Source of the DNA: Squalus acanthias
Taxonomy: Eukaryota
Length of the DNA: 64,000 nt
Direction of reading: 5' to 3'
Assembly (NCBI GenBank): GCA_030390025.1
Contig: CM059430.1
Span: forward strand, 67,456,001-67,520,000
Made by a program: the position numbers and the translations under genes. Shown one piece after another: positions 13,301-25,853 of this stretch. Below the pieces are notes generated by a model. The model had not been told where the DNA came from. It did no database searches and saw nothing but the letters and a program-made list of their open reading frames with translations. The first letter of the stretch is position 1, and each line of letters opens with the position of its first letter.

Positions 13301-14778
13301 CTATGGCGTTACCAATAAGACTTACTCGTCAATAAATGACTGTTGGCGGATATTAGCCTAATATCGCAAAATTATAACACCTTCCCCTGTCTACGATTTT
13401 GACGGAGGTGTTATAACTATGTTTTAAATGAAAAAAAACCGACCTGATTTAAATTAGTACCGAAGAACGGCACTTGCATGCGATAATATCGTAAACAGTA
13501 AAGTGTGACGATACCGAACCCTCTAATCTCTTCAATATATTTTCGGACAAATATACCAAACTAAAAGGTGACATCTGTCGTGTTGAATTAACCTCAACCA
13601 ATACGTTCGTTTTGTTGGGAATTACGTTATATTACATATTAATTGAACCTCAACTTTACATCTCCCATCTCCCAGTAAGACTAAATGTTTAGTATTACCT
13701 CATAATTTACACCAGGTTATCCTCAATCCAATAGTCCCAAATCTGGTGGGGTCCAACAATACTTGTAGAATGTCGTTAATTTGTATCGATCACACTTTTT
13801 GGTCTAATTTTTAGCTGAAGAAGAAGATAAAGTAATTATTTAGTCAACAAATGATTCCTGTAACCAATCATTAAAGAGGATTCAGCACATTTACTATCAG
13901 ATTCCTATGGTGCACCAAGGGCTTTAAAGGTCATTATTGGACATTGGCTATTTGCATGGAGGAATCATTGGAGCCTCTTGAGATTCCACAGGTCCGATAA
14001 CAGATATACCTGTACTTAAAAAGGTACCACACCTAAGCAACATAGCTACGGGTCCTTTAATTTATAGCAATTGCAAGTAAAATAATAGCATCTATGCTAA
14101 GGAGTCCTAATAATGGCACCTATGCAACTTCCACCTCCGTAACATCGCCCGTCTCCGCCCTTGCCTGAGCTCGTCCGCTGCTGAAACCATCATCCATGCC
14201 CTTGTTACCTCTAGACTTGACTATTTAAACGCACTCCTGGCTGGCCTCGCACATTCCACACAGCATGAACTTTAGGTGATCCATAACTCAGCTGCCCGTG
14301 TCCTAACTCGCACCATTTCCCGTTCGCCCATCACCCCTGCGCTCGCTGATCTACATTGGCTCCCGTTTAAGCAGCACATCGTTTTCAAAATTCTCATCCT
14401 TGTTTTCAAATCCCTCCAAGGCCTCGCCCCTTCCAATCTCTGTAATCTCCTTCAGCCCCACAACCAACCGATATATCTGCGCTCCTTGAATTCTGCCCTC
14501 TTGAGCATCCCTGATTATAATCGCTTAACCTTTGGTGGCCGTGCCTTCTGTTGCCTAGGGCTTTAGCTCTGGAATTCACTGCCATACACCTCTCCACCTC
14601 GCTACCTCTCTTTCCTCATTTAAGACGCTCCTTAAAACCTACCTCTTTGAAAAAGCTTTTGGTCACCTGCCCTAAATTATCCTTATGTGGCTCGGTGTCA
14701 AATTCTGTGACTTAAAATATTCTTGTGCAGCGTCTTGTGACGTTTTACTACTTTAAAGGTGCTATACAAATACAAGTT

Positions 14779-14922
14779 ACAAAAGCAAAATACTGTGGAT
14801 GCTGGAAATCTGAAATAAAAACAGAAATGCTGGAAATGCTCAGCAGGTCAGGCAGCATCTGTGTAGAGAGGAACAGAGTTAACGTTTCAGGTCGATGACC
14901 ATTCGTCAGAACTACAAGTCAG
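14779..14922 (-). mobile_element. Short Penelope-derived non-autonomous element with 11-bp TSD
   Basis: AAATACAAGTT duplicated at 14768-14778 and 14923-14933; homologous to 39038-39170; contains a hammerhead core. Confidence 0.75.
14877..14913 (-). ncRNA. Minimal type I hammerhead ribozyme motif
   Basis: Minus strand reads AGTT-CTGACGA-A-TGGTC ATC GACCT-GAAA-CG-TT-AACT: stem I AGTT/AACT, both conserved core boxes, stem II, palindromic ACGT stem III. Confidence 0.72.
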
Positions 14923-16208
14923 AAATACAAGTTGATGTTGTTCTTGTTGTTGAGTCGAATGGGAGAGTATTTGTGCAACTATTACTTAACAGGACAGATG
15001 CGACAAGGATTTAGAAACTTAAAACATATTTGATATTTTCGATGACGTTACAGATACACTAAGTGGCGGAATTCTCTATGAGATATATTAATTGGACTTT
15101 CAGAAATGTTTCGCCGAAGTTTCAAATGAAATATTTTAAAACCCCAAGAATCCAGCGTAAAATATTGGACTAGATTAAAAACAAGTTTTTTTTTAATGTC
15201 CTGGTTGAGTTGTTTCTAAACTGGATAACGGACCAGGATCTCAGAATTAAGTTGGTAAAATCTGTTAACGATACTGAACTAAGAAGAGCATTGTATAATG
15301 AATACATATTTCTACAACTACTTAGCCAGTTCTTTCAACAGGTCAATAAGATGAAGATTTACTATAAATGATAAATGTAAAATATTGCACATAAGTCACA
15401 TAAACGTGTCCCTGAAGTATACAACAAGTGGAATTGAATTAACAGTTTGAGGTTTAGAAAGAGACCTTAGAATAAAAGCGCACTAGTCATAATCAATGCC
15501 AAGAAAAATGGGAAAGCGGATATAAAAGGAGATAAAATGTTGAGCTATATATCCAGAACGAGAGTGCATATGTTCAGAGATGATGCTCGGTCTTTACAAT
15601 GAATGTTTCAGTGTAAGCTTGCAGTGCCGTTCTCAGTTCTGGTCGCCACTTTACAATAAACTGCATTCAGTTTAAGGACAGTCCATGGAAGAGCAACAAC
15701 ATTAATATCCAAATTAGAGAATCTTAATTCTTTCACTCCAGATTATGACAGATCTCACTGAGTCTATAAATTGTCCAATATTAAAGATTAGGAAAGAGCT
15801 ATCTAGATTATTTTACAGTAGGACATAAAAATGGGGCAAGAAAGGAAAAGCACTAACCTATGAAACATAGATCTAAAACAGTTAATAGCAAGAATGACAT
15901 TACTCATGAACGTTCAAATAATATGCCAGGCAAAGTAGTAAAGATCAAAATCTCTAAAAATAGGTTGTAATAGAATAGTTTAAGCTTCTGGACTTATGAC
16001 TTCTATGAGCTGAATGATCATTTGTTTTCCTTGACTTTTCCTAGAGTCTTATTTCCATTAAATTCTTTATTGTTTTCTCCTGTTTCGTGTCTTTTTTTGC
16101 AGTCAATCTTATATTTGTATTTGATCATTCTTTGCGGAATGCCCCTCAAAGCACCAGTGTTACTGTATCCTTCTGTTACCCGTTCTGAAAAAAGTGAAAA
16201 ACCAAAAC

Positions 16209-16226
16209 ATATATATATATATATAT
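16209..16226. repeat. (TA)n microsatellite
   Basis: atatatatat run. Confidence 0.9.
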
Positions 16227-16449
16227 CTACACATGAAAGCTTAATGTAAATACGTTTCTGAAAACAGGTTCATACCGGATGTATTGTTTGCATTATTTTG
16301 AAGAAAGTACGGCATCCAGTGAGTTCATGAATGTTTGTGCCCATATTGGTGCGTGTTCAAATGTCTGGGTCACAATATAATAAACGAAATTGGCTCAAAG
16401 CTTGTCATCCATGCCAAGTGTCATTGTAGTAGGGAAAGTCAACTTTAGC

Positions 16450-17230
16450 CTTTTCTCGATGAAGCTTAAATCCATAGATCTCTAGAGTACAGCAGGCGAA
16501 CATTTGGCCCAGTATTTCTATGCCCCCTCTCTCCCCATAGCGCCGCATCTCCTGCTCATTATATTAATTTAGTTTTGCCTTAAAATATTCAATGGTCTCT
16601 GCTTCATCCAATATCGTGGCAAAGCATGCCATGCTCCAACAATTCTCGAAATAAATTAATTTCTCCTAACCTCTCTCCTCATTCTCCGACTGCCATTTTA
16701 TAAATTGATGACTTCTGGGCACTGACTCTGCTAGAATAAATAGTCTACCGCGATTCTATCCATCTAAACTCTTCAGTTTTCTTATAAATCTACACCAAAT
16801 ATCCTCAGCCTCCTGTGCTCTAATGGAAAAAGTCGCAGTATCTCAACTATTCATTCTCTTCATGATCAATGTGCACCAAACGCTGACTATGGCTGTCATT
16901 TCAATCGTGGAGCGCACAAAACTGCAAAATGTACGCTAGAAACCTGGTCAACGTTTTGCATAAATGTTTAATTCCGTCATTATCCCCATACTATACTACA
17001 TCAGTTAGAGCCCCAAATGTTGCTTTCTCTTTGTTATGGATTTACCACCTGCATTCTCACTTTCAAAGAAACTTATACTTGCCCCCGATATATCTGTCCA
17101 TTCAACGTATTTTCTTTGCATGTATATTCTCAGCCTTGCTTTCCTCCCAAAATGTATTATTTCACTGTGGTCCATCTGCTATCTATCTTCCCATTCTGCA
17201 ATCCGTCTATGCCTTGCTGAAGACTTCCTT
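16450..17230 (-). mobile_element. Degenerate CR1 fragment
   Basis: Reverse-complement CR1 3' motifs (tttctcctaacctctctcc, cacaaaactgca). Confidence 0.6.
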
Positions 17231-17878
17231 GACAGGAATCCTATTTTTGTGGAAACATCAATTAGAAAAACTGAACTGCAACTGTTTCAAACAGTGATAT
17301 GATTATACTTGTGATGTTAACATGTATAAATTAAATCAAATACATTCCACGCACAGATTATAATGAAGACTTACAGTGCTCATTGGTAAACTATGTTGTA
17401 TTTCTCTGTCTCGCTTTGTGAATTCACGAATCTGAAGGGAACGCTTTGAGTCCAAGCATTTAGAAATGCGGGTTGTTAAACGATTTCAAAATGCATTCAT
17501 ATCGGAAAAACACCTCGTTTAAATTCGTAGTAGCAACTATAAAAATGCTACTACTTTGTGCTGCCGCTCATGGGAATATTTCCTTCCCGTGGTCATGTCA
17601 GCTGAAATGACTATTTCAGCATTCTTTCATTTGCTTTTCTAAATCATAGACTACCACTTACCCTGGGACTCATCTGCGAGCCATGCGCATCTAAAATCAC
17701 CGTGACTACTTTTTCAATGGAGCTGTTCATTTTAAATCTCTTAAACCAATATGCAAAATGATTGAATACACCGAGGCCCTGAAGTTATCATTGGTGGCAT
17801 TAACTCAAGAACGCTTAATGCGCTGGTTTGAAATTTCTCTCTCTATAATTTCATTAAGAACGATAACCAGTTCATATA

Positions 17879-18622
17879 GGCCCAGAAATTGATCTCGCTC
17901 TGTTCCCGCGGGGGTAAGCCTTTCCCGCGATGTCTCACCTCGCTTATGCTTTTTCTGATCCAGCTCGCACGAACTTGATGTTCCAGACATCAGCTGTGCT
18001 GGGCTTGCGTATCCCAGCGGCGTAGTTAATTCGTGCGAGCTGTGGGATCACGTGACTCAGTTAGAGCCAATGGCAGCACACCATCTTCCATTCATAAGTC
18101 TCACAGCATGGCTGAGAGACTTATGAATCTTACACCCCCCCAAAATAACAGCTAAACCTCAATTAAATTTAAAAAAAAACCCATCACATTAATAAAATAA
18201 GTATAGTTAATTAAATTAACCATTTTAAATAAAAAATTAAATTTTTGAAAAAATTTAAAATCTTTTAAAAAGTTATAAAAATAAACTTACCTGTCTTTAA
18301 AGTCTATAAAAAAGATATACCTGTAAAAAAAAATTCAAAAAAATACTTAATTCACTACTTACCTTCTTAAAAGCGGGTCTTACTCCTCCTTTTTACATTT
18401 CCAAAATCTTCAGTACTTACCTGCGCGTCCAAAGCATGAAGTGCACAGCGTGCGCGCAGCCTGTAGCGCGCACGCGATGCACTCCGGCCCCGCCCCCTTT
18501 TCGGAAGAGCAATTGCCGGTTTTCAGCGCATGCGCAGGGCATGCAGAAAACCGGCAATTGGAGTGGGAATACGCGAGAGTATGCAGTGCGTACTCTCGCG
18601 TCCCGGGATCAATTTTCGGCCC
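17879..18622. mobile_element. Harbinger-type MITE (744 bp), TSD ATA
   Basis: TIRs GGCCCAGAAATTGATC and GATCAATTTTCGGCCC (13/16 match); ATA on both sides. Confidence 0.8.
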
Positions 18623-18729
18623 ATAATGTTTTCTTAGTTTATATTCTTAAGTTATATAAACCACTGAGTTTCTGTACTAAGGTGGCTTATCCTCTCACGC
18701 ACACGCATCCGCCTCTGGTGTGCCACAAA

Positions 18730-19330
18730 ATTTCACCTACGCCCTTTGTATTACCTATTTATATGGTACCTCTCAACGCATAGGACCACATACAGGGATT
18801 AGTTTTCACATATGGGACAATGATATGCAACTGTACGTGTCTTTCACTAGCCTTCATTCCCTGCCTGCTGTAGTGTTGGCGAATGGCTTGGATGATATGA
18901 TGTTTTGAATGGCGTAATGCCTTCTTCAGCTCAATATTGGAATACGAAAGACAGCCTATTTGGCTCCCATCAGAAAATCTATGCCTTCGCAGCTGCTCGC
19001 TCAGATTGAACCCGACGATTAGCACGCTAGTGTCATTTCCGACACTTCGTTTAATTTGAAATACATATATCTTTGTCACCAACACAACCTTCAATCACCT
19101 CTGTAACACAGTTGAACCGCGTTCGTGCCTGACTGTTTTCACAATTGCGTCCCTCGCGCATTGCTTTCATTACCACAAATTTTGGTTTTGTCCATTATCT
19201 TCTTAACAGCAGCCAGGCTCCACCCTGTACAAACTTGGCCTCATCCAAATGTCTGTGGCCCATATATTTTACTATGAAATATATACACACCCATCACCTT
19301 CCTCCCACCAACTTTCAGTGAATCGACGTC
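18730..19330 (+). mobile_element. Old L2 relic
   Basis: Remnants SFH...DMQLYVSF and cccatcacc...cc in L2 ORF2 order. Confidence 0.55.
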
Positions 19331-21490
19331 TACCAGCCAATACTGCTCAGTGTCACCAAATCCCGCATTGCTAGTCAATCCCACTTCAGAAAAGTAACAT
19401 CACCCTATATTCCTTCATCCGTCGCACTGCCAATATTCTGTCTCTGATGTTTAGTGCATCTCCCGTTCTATCCACAGGAAAATCTGCGACAAAACATTCA
19501 CCATGCCTCTGCACTCTGGCGTGTTCTTGATAAGCCTTTTTGATCTTTTTCCAATTTCCTTCATTTCACAAACGCCCCAAACGGTCGCCTCTGGGACAAT
19601 ACTTTTATTCACCTCCCCTAACTTCTTTTTCGCCGAGAGAAAATTGTTGTTCTTTAGACCGCTTTGGGACGTGTCATTACTTTCTAGGCGTATGCAAATT
19701 GGAGTTATCGCTGTTGCTATGCTGTGAAAAATAAAATGATAGCAACTCACTACATATTATCACAATGTACTCAAAAATAATTATTAGTATTTTGAAATAA
19801 TGTGTGATTTATAAAAAACTAATCTATATTGTTAAAGCTTAATTTACTCACAGGAACGTTGGTGAATCTTGCAAACTTCACTTTTAACTGAATCCAAAGA
19901 GTTTATAGACAGATGACAAACCGATTTTCTATTATTTTCAAAAAAGATTATGGTACATTAGCAGGGAAAATACGCCATAGGTTGAAGCTTTAACATATGC
20001 TGCCCCAGTTGGATGAGATGTATTTCATGCTTGTTTTGCTACTCCGTTGAATTGCTAATCGTAGCTTCGGTAGTCTTGAATGATGTTCAATCGATGTTAA
20101 GTAATTTTTCATAAAGAGGAGGGAATAAAGCAGCAGAACATCACAAGATGGAATAGGTCTGCATCCCAGGTTGTTCTGTTATGAGATGTGAAATAAGCCG
20201 GATAAATAGCTGTGGATTAATATTGCAAAAATGGCAAGTAACAAATAGCATTAAACGTCGCACACATTTCTCATCATGTCAAAGTATAAGGGCTGGAAGA
20301 ACCTCACGGCGCTGTCTTCGTGTATCTCTTACCTTTTATTTAGGCATAGGATCCATTGTCGCTCTATAAAGGGACGCGTAACTAAAGGAGACGAAATATT
20401 GTTCATTAAAAAAAACTGTTAACTTTAAGATGCAAACAAATATTATTTATATTATTATGAGCAGACCAACCATTACCTAGGAAAACTTAGGCAGACAGCA
20501 GTAAGATGCTAGATATTAAAGGAGAATATACACATCCTCACAAAGTACTAGACATCCTGGGTTCAGTGAATTCAGTGAACACATCTTGCAGCTACGTAGA
20601 TTTACAGTGACTTGAAATGTAATGTATGTGGAAGGTGTGACTGTGTCAATGCTTCCATTTGTATTATGTGCCTTGATTGTGCGCCCTGATCAGGTTTCAG
20701 TGTGCAAGGGGTGCAATGCATGAACCTTGAGCTTGTGTGAGATGTTGTTGAACATTAATTGTGTAAAAGGTAAATAGGAAAATCTTTGTGGCATACAGAC
20801 TTGGGCTTTCTGCCCAACATAGCATACTGTTTGTTACTTTGTCACATTTGTTAATTTTCTCTGCAGCTGTTCGCATGTTGTGCGGGTAGTGCACATAGCA
20901 TTGAGACGGACCATTGGATACTGCAAGGAAAGATGCACCCATGTTGCATGGGTAGGGTTCCGTGAAATTATTAACAGACACTTAAACTTTGCAGCCCTAG
21001 GGTATTTGCGCCTACTATCAACCATTTGGTTTGGTGTTGCATTGCACTATTACCTGCTAATGAAATTGTTTCATGCTTGCATATTAGGTTGTTCATTTTC
21101 CCTTTACATAGCCTTGGCAAAACAATTCAAAAATTTAATTTCAGTCGAAATAGTATTAACCGCTGAAACAATATCGGTACCCATACGAAGAAACTTGTTC
21201 TTAATTGTGAAGATACCTTTAAGTTAGACGTTCTGGTCATATTTTCCGCGTCGACAACAGATTGGCTCACTGCACAAGACCAAAGCTGTGCAGCCACATA
21301 TAAATAATTATTTAAATGTGCTGACCATGTATGTTGCGACAGACAGCTCGCTGCGCTGTTGGTTAACGTTGTCCCATCCGGGAGGCAGTTTAAGCACAAG
21401 GTTAACTTGGAGAGTCAATTTCACCTGATATTTCCAAACAATCGGGCTCATTGCTTCTTCGCGGTGAATTGTCAATTCCCATTGTCGAAA

Positions 21491-21545
21491 ATGTTTTTTG
21501 GCGCAGTATTTCGACATATAAAGTTGCTCGCCATTATTTACGCAG
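21491..21545 (+). CDS. VJ-C1 IgSF receptor, exon 1 (leader)
   Basis: gaaaATG; MFFGAVFRHIKLLAIIYA; phase-1 donor CAG|GTATAT; 118-nt pyrimidine-rich intron; joins in frame to AAVDA-QIKV (plausible signal cleavage site). Confidence 0.7.
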
Positions 21546-21663
21546 GTATATATCCCACCACTCCCTTTCTCCCTCCCATCTCTCAATCTCCCCCACCTCT
21601 CTCCCTCTCTGTCTCTGGTGCGGTACAATACATCTAAATATTGTTTGCATTTATTCCTCACAG

Positions 21664-21984
21664 CTGCTGTGGATGCTCAGATCAAAGTGTCCCAAACTCC
21701 TGAAAGTGCTCACCGGTTCGTAGGTGGAAACATTACTTTCTATTGCGCGTTTCCTCTTTTTCAAGATAATTCCGATGTGAACATTTACTGGTGGAAACTG
21801 GGCGAAAATGAGTTTCTGCAGTCAGGTTCGGACAGCAGAAAACGATTTCTTCCTTTAAAGAAAGGTGAAGCCTCTTTTCAGCTCCTGAATGTCAACGCCG
21901 CGGACTCTGGAGTTTATTACTGCGGAGTGAAACATCCGGCTAGTAGGATTGCAAATGGAACTGGATCAAATCTTGCAATCTTCG
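21664..21984 (+). CDS. VJ-C1 IgSF receptor, exon 2 (germline-joined VJ-type V-set domain)
   Basis: Acceptor ttattcctcacag, donor G|GTAAGC, phase 1/1; VSQTP...ITFYC...IYWWK...DSGVYYC...NGTGSNLAIF (J-like G-x-G strand in the same exon); no RSS seen. Confidence 0.95.
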
Positions 21985-22344
21985 GTAAGCGCATAGTGTA
22001 CCTGAAATTATTCCACAAATAATTCATTACACAGGGTGGCGAGTTTATTTTAATAAGATGTTCAAAGGACCTTGGTTTATGCTTTTTAATGGGTTCAGTA
22101 ACAATCACATTCAATCCTTCCATTCTTCGCATTATAATTAAAAATAATTATCTGCGCCTTATTGCATGCTGGTGTTGCGGGAAATACACTGTGCCTTATT
22201 GAATGCTTGAAGATAAGAGAAAGGAAACTCGGGAGAGATGTACAACAGGCGGCCAATCCACCATCACCCGTTTTACACTATCGCCAACATTTAAAATTAA
22301 CCACAAAGTGCAATTCCATTCATTTGCTGATTGATGAAGAGACT

Positions 22345-22530
22345 GGGGTAAAATTGACTTTTGCCATAGTGTAAAACGAGTGACAGCGTGTTGACAGCCC
22401 GTTTTACACGTCTCCTGGTTTTTATTTCCATTGAAGTAAATAGAAATAAAATCGGGTGGGATGTAAAATGCGGTGCCTGATTCGCTTTCACCCGTTTTAC
22501 ACTATCGCTCAACTTCAAGATCTAATTCAG
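22345..22530. mobile_element. Short palindromic MITE (half copy at about 22225-22303)
   Basis: Starts GGGGTAAAATTGA; arms atagtgtaaaacg and cgttttacactat around the centre atttccattgaagtaaatagaaat. Confidence 0.7.
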
Positions 22531-22910
22531 CTGAGGGCGAAAACGTTTTTCCACCTACAAATTCCTCTCGATGCTTTTCATAAATTCATCATGACATACG
22601 CCATTCTCTTCTGAAAAATTAGATTAGAATGTATCGAAAATGATATTTACAACGAGAAAAATGTTAAGTGCCAAAGTGACACAAGGGCCCTATTGCTTAA
22701 AAATTCATAATATACATCAAATAATAAATATACGTTGCGGCTGGTCGCAGGGATGCATAAATGCATTTTTGAAGTTTTCCTATATTTGCTACTTTCAATT
22801 ACAAGAGAAACATCGGCCAGACCAATCTTTGTACAGCTGTACTATGTGATCACACATAACACCAGAGGAATGCTTACGTCAATGTTCCAATTTCTTCAAG
22901 AAAACACATA

Positions 22911-23672
22911 GGGCCGGATTTTGCTGCAGATTCGCTGATCGTTTTAAGCGTGTAAATCGGACAGCAAATTCCAGTGACAGCACATGCCCAGGTAAACAAG
23001 GAAATCAGAAAGTTGCTGCCCGAGTTAACCTGTTCCTCGAACAGCTTCATTATAACAGTATTTCGCCGAGAGACACGGCATTGAAATATGTGGAAGAGGG
23101 TGCATTTGTTGTACTTATGTAATAGATACCCACTAAACTCGGCCAAAAAAGTTAGAGCTCCTCAATTCCAGTGTAATGATTTCTTTATCGGCGTGATGAC
23201 TATTAATTGCTGCGAAACAACCTCTCTGACACTGAGTATAAACTTTTATACGTGAGCTGTTTCATTCCTTCAGATTTTAATTACTGGAGATTTAAAAAAT
23301 AAAAAAAATATAAATCTTGTTAACTTTTTCGTACTGTTCCTTTCACCTCCTCTCTTAAACCCATCGTTCTCTCTCTTGCTTTACTTCGCTTTCTGTACAT
23401 GATTTGCCATTAAATTAACTATTCTAACTAAACACTCCCGGGTTCAAAATCTGCCGCTGCTCATTAACAATGTTTCAGTCTAATTGGTTAAGGAAATGCA
23501 CAGTTGCTTGCCGTGTTCACACAGTTACCAGATCCACTGTAGAGGGTGCTGCGTGAAAATGTCTCACATCACGGTAAATTCCATGCAAATTCCCATAGAA
23601 AGCCTGTGGGTAAGTGTAAGTGTAATGAATGGCTGGTGCCGTTCGTTCGCCGCTGAGATCAAAATCGCTCCC
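22911..23672. mobile_element. Harbinger-type MITE in the V-C1 intron
   Basis: TIRs GGGCCGGATTTTG and CAAAATCGCTCCC; internal homology to 39907-40603. Confidence 0.7.
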
Positions 23673-23705
23673 ACTGTAACATCTCCCATCTCATTTGTAT
23701 TGCAG

Positions 23706-24017
23706 TTCCTCCAATTCCGTTGAGTATAAAGCCCGAATTACCTGAGAATACTCTATCCAGAACTCTAATTATCTTGTGTAAGACGGCTGCTTTTTACCCG
23801 GACATTATCAATATAACTTGGTACAAGGATGGCGTTCGTATTACAACGGGGATAAAGACCATTAAACACCTGAATGGCGAGGGACTGTATGAAATTACCA
23901 GCTTTTTGGAAGCCACAGGATCTGTCCCGAATGGCGATGTTTATACCTGTCAAGTTTCTCACCTCACGCTCAAGATTCCAGTAAATATCACCTGCATTGC
24001 CCCGAATTGGAAAGCAG
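23706..24017 (+). CDS. VJ-C1 IgSF receptor, exon 3 (C1-set domain)
   Basis: Acceptor ttgtattgcag, donor G|GTGAGC, phase 1/1; LCKTAAFYPDIINITWYK...YEITSFL...YTCQVSHLTL. Confidence 0.95.
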
Positions 24018-25740
24018 GTGAGCGAACAATATCCCTTGTTGGGCAATCAAGTGTTCTAAGGTTAACTTTTACAGACTTTTAACAAAAAGAGATACCGCGA
24101 TAAATTACATTAAAATTGACGCCCTTGTTACAATACCCTCCATGACTATGTTCCACTCCGTTAAAATTCAACAGTCCATGAACTTCCTCCCTCCTCTGCT
24201 TCACAACGACGTGTTTCGAGTAAGCACAAGACACTTGATGGTGGTTTATACGGAACAGACTTTATTGATATCTGGTATAAGTGTGCAGCCCAACTAATTA
24301 CGGAGAGTGACTTTTCTGTTTCTCGTTCTATCTTTCGAGCCCTCTGAAGACCATGTTTCAAAGGACATGTCGAATAAGGAACTCATGACGTATCTTTTCC
24401 TCAATCCTTTGAAAACAGTCTATTTATGTACATCGTTGTATTTTTTGTACGCCAAAGCTACTTTCCTCAAACAAGACTTCTTGACTTAACAATTCTCGAA
24501 TTCTTCGAAGGGTAGGATTTATTAATCGTTATCTTTCTATATTCTAGTTAATGGATCCTTCTACCTATGCTTGTTACCCTAGTCACTAACGTTATACCTT
24601 AATCACTGATGGTTGAGGTAATTATTGTCACTTATTTCCTTGCGCAAGCATTTCTTGTATATTACGCTCAGACACTAACAGGAGAAGACAAGCTATGCTT
24701 TACTCTCACGGCACTTCAAAGCTATCCTGTTTAGCTTGGAAAGTCAGTTGCTCTAAGAGGAAAGGAAATTTAATTGTTTTCAATTAACTCCCCAAGGTTT
24801 CCAACATACCGCTCTCCAGGATGTGCAACACACTCATCATTTGAAACTTCTCCAGTCTTACCTACCAGTTCGCCTCTCTCCGATCTGATGTGTAACACCC
24901 GGTCACTGGGCTTCATGTTCAGTGGCATATAATTCACGCAACGGGCTCCTTCACTTGGAAATCTTTTTCGCAAATCCTCTCCCAAACCTAATTTCCCTCC
25001 ATATTATACAAACTTCCAGAAAATATACATTCTGGCCCACCTCGTGATAAGAAAAGAAAAATGTCTACACAGAACGATTTGCGAAGTGCATTTATTAATT
25101 ATGTAGAATAATCAAAATTAGATAATTCCAGCATTTCTATTGACGGCCCGATTCTATGCTCTGTGAAATATATACATATGAAATGATTTACTGTGCAACT
25201 GTAGTTCTCAGATTAATTAAGAACACTTCACTCTACTATAAAAATAAAACAATAGAAATATTTCACATTGCAAAGGAAAAACATATAATCAGGCAACTAT
25301 TAAATGTTTCTTCTGCTATACCGAGGTGAAATTAAAGAGGATAAACATTTTTTTCTCTGGAACATAATTACATTTGTTTTAGACCCAGTGAACCCAGTAA
25401 AGCGCGGAGCGTAAAGCAGTTTCTGGCATTATGTGAACAATCTGATGAGTTCATGTGGTCAGATTTCTAGTGATGAACCTTTCAATACTTACTTGCATAG
25501 GTTACCAAACTTTCGTTTTTTCATGTTTCCTATAATAGAAACTGAGCCCTGGAACAGAAACAATTTGTTTTATTATTGTATCTAATCTCGTTCTTCCTAT
25601 TGTAGTTTACCACACTGCGATTGAGAATTAATTTATTTCACTCTTGTTCCTGATTCGTCTATTTATTTATTTCAAGTGATTGTAGTTAGAGCATGCAACC
25701 TATAAACATACATCATTCGTGCGTATTTCATACATTTTAG

Positions 25741-25853
25741 GTTTCGCTCACAGATTCTCCGTTTTTCTGATTCCTCGGTTTGTATTGGGCTTTCTGGTGA
25801 TTGTCGTGCTGACGATTATCATTGTGGACCATTGCAAATCAGCGCCCATTTAA
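25741..25853 (+). CDS. VJ-C1 IgSF receptor, exon 4 (transmembrane segment with Arg, short tail)
   Basis: Acceptor catacattttag, phase 1; GFAHRFSVFLIPRFVLGFLVIVVLTIIIVDHCKSAPI*; donor GTAAG 2 nt after the stop; total CDS 801 nt = 266 aa. Confidence 0.85.

Larger units (their letters stand above)
14118..14952 (+). mobile_element. L2 LINE 3' end
   Basis: HALVTSRLDY.N and HNSAARVLT...ITPALADLHWLP; tail ...ggtgctatacaaatacaagtt(gtt)n, split by the Penelope-derived insertion. Confidence 0.9.
13850..15950 (+). mobile_element. Very old CR1 relic hosting the L2 insertion
   Basis: Remnants such as ggactttcagaaatgtttcg, gataaatgtaaaatattgca and cagttctggtcgccac on both sides of the L2. Confidence 0.55.

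Noticed and set aside
20649-21090. Alternative leader candidates (MLPFVLCALIV at 20649; MKLFHACIL at 21060)
   Set aside because: Poor or wrong-phase donors compared with the exon at 21491-21545
21920-22030. V exon as a rearranging TCR or Ig V segment
   Set aside because: No CACAGTG heptamer or nonamer after YYC; the J-like strand and splice donor are in the same exon
25754-25770. Alternative acceptor gctcacag within the TM exon
   Set aside because: Gives a stop after five codons in phase 1
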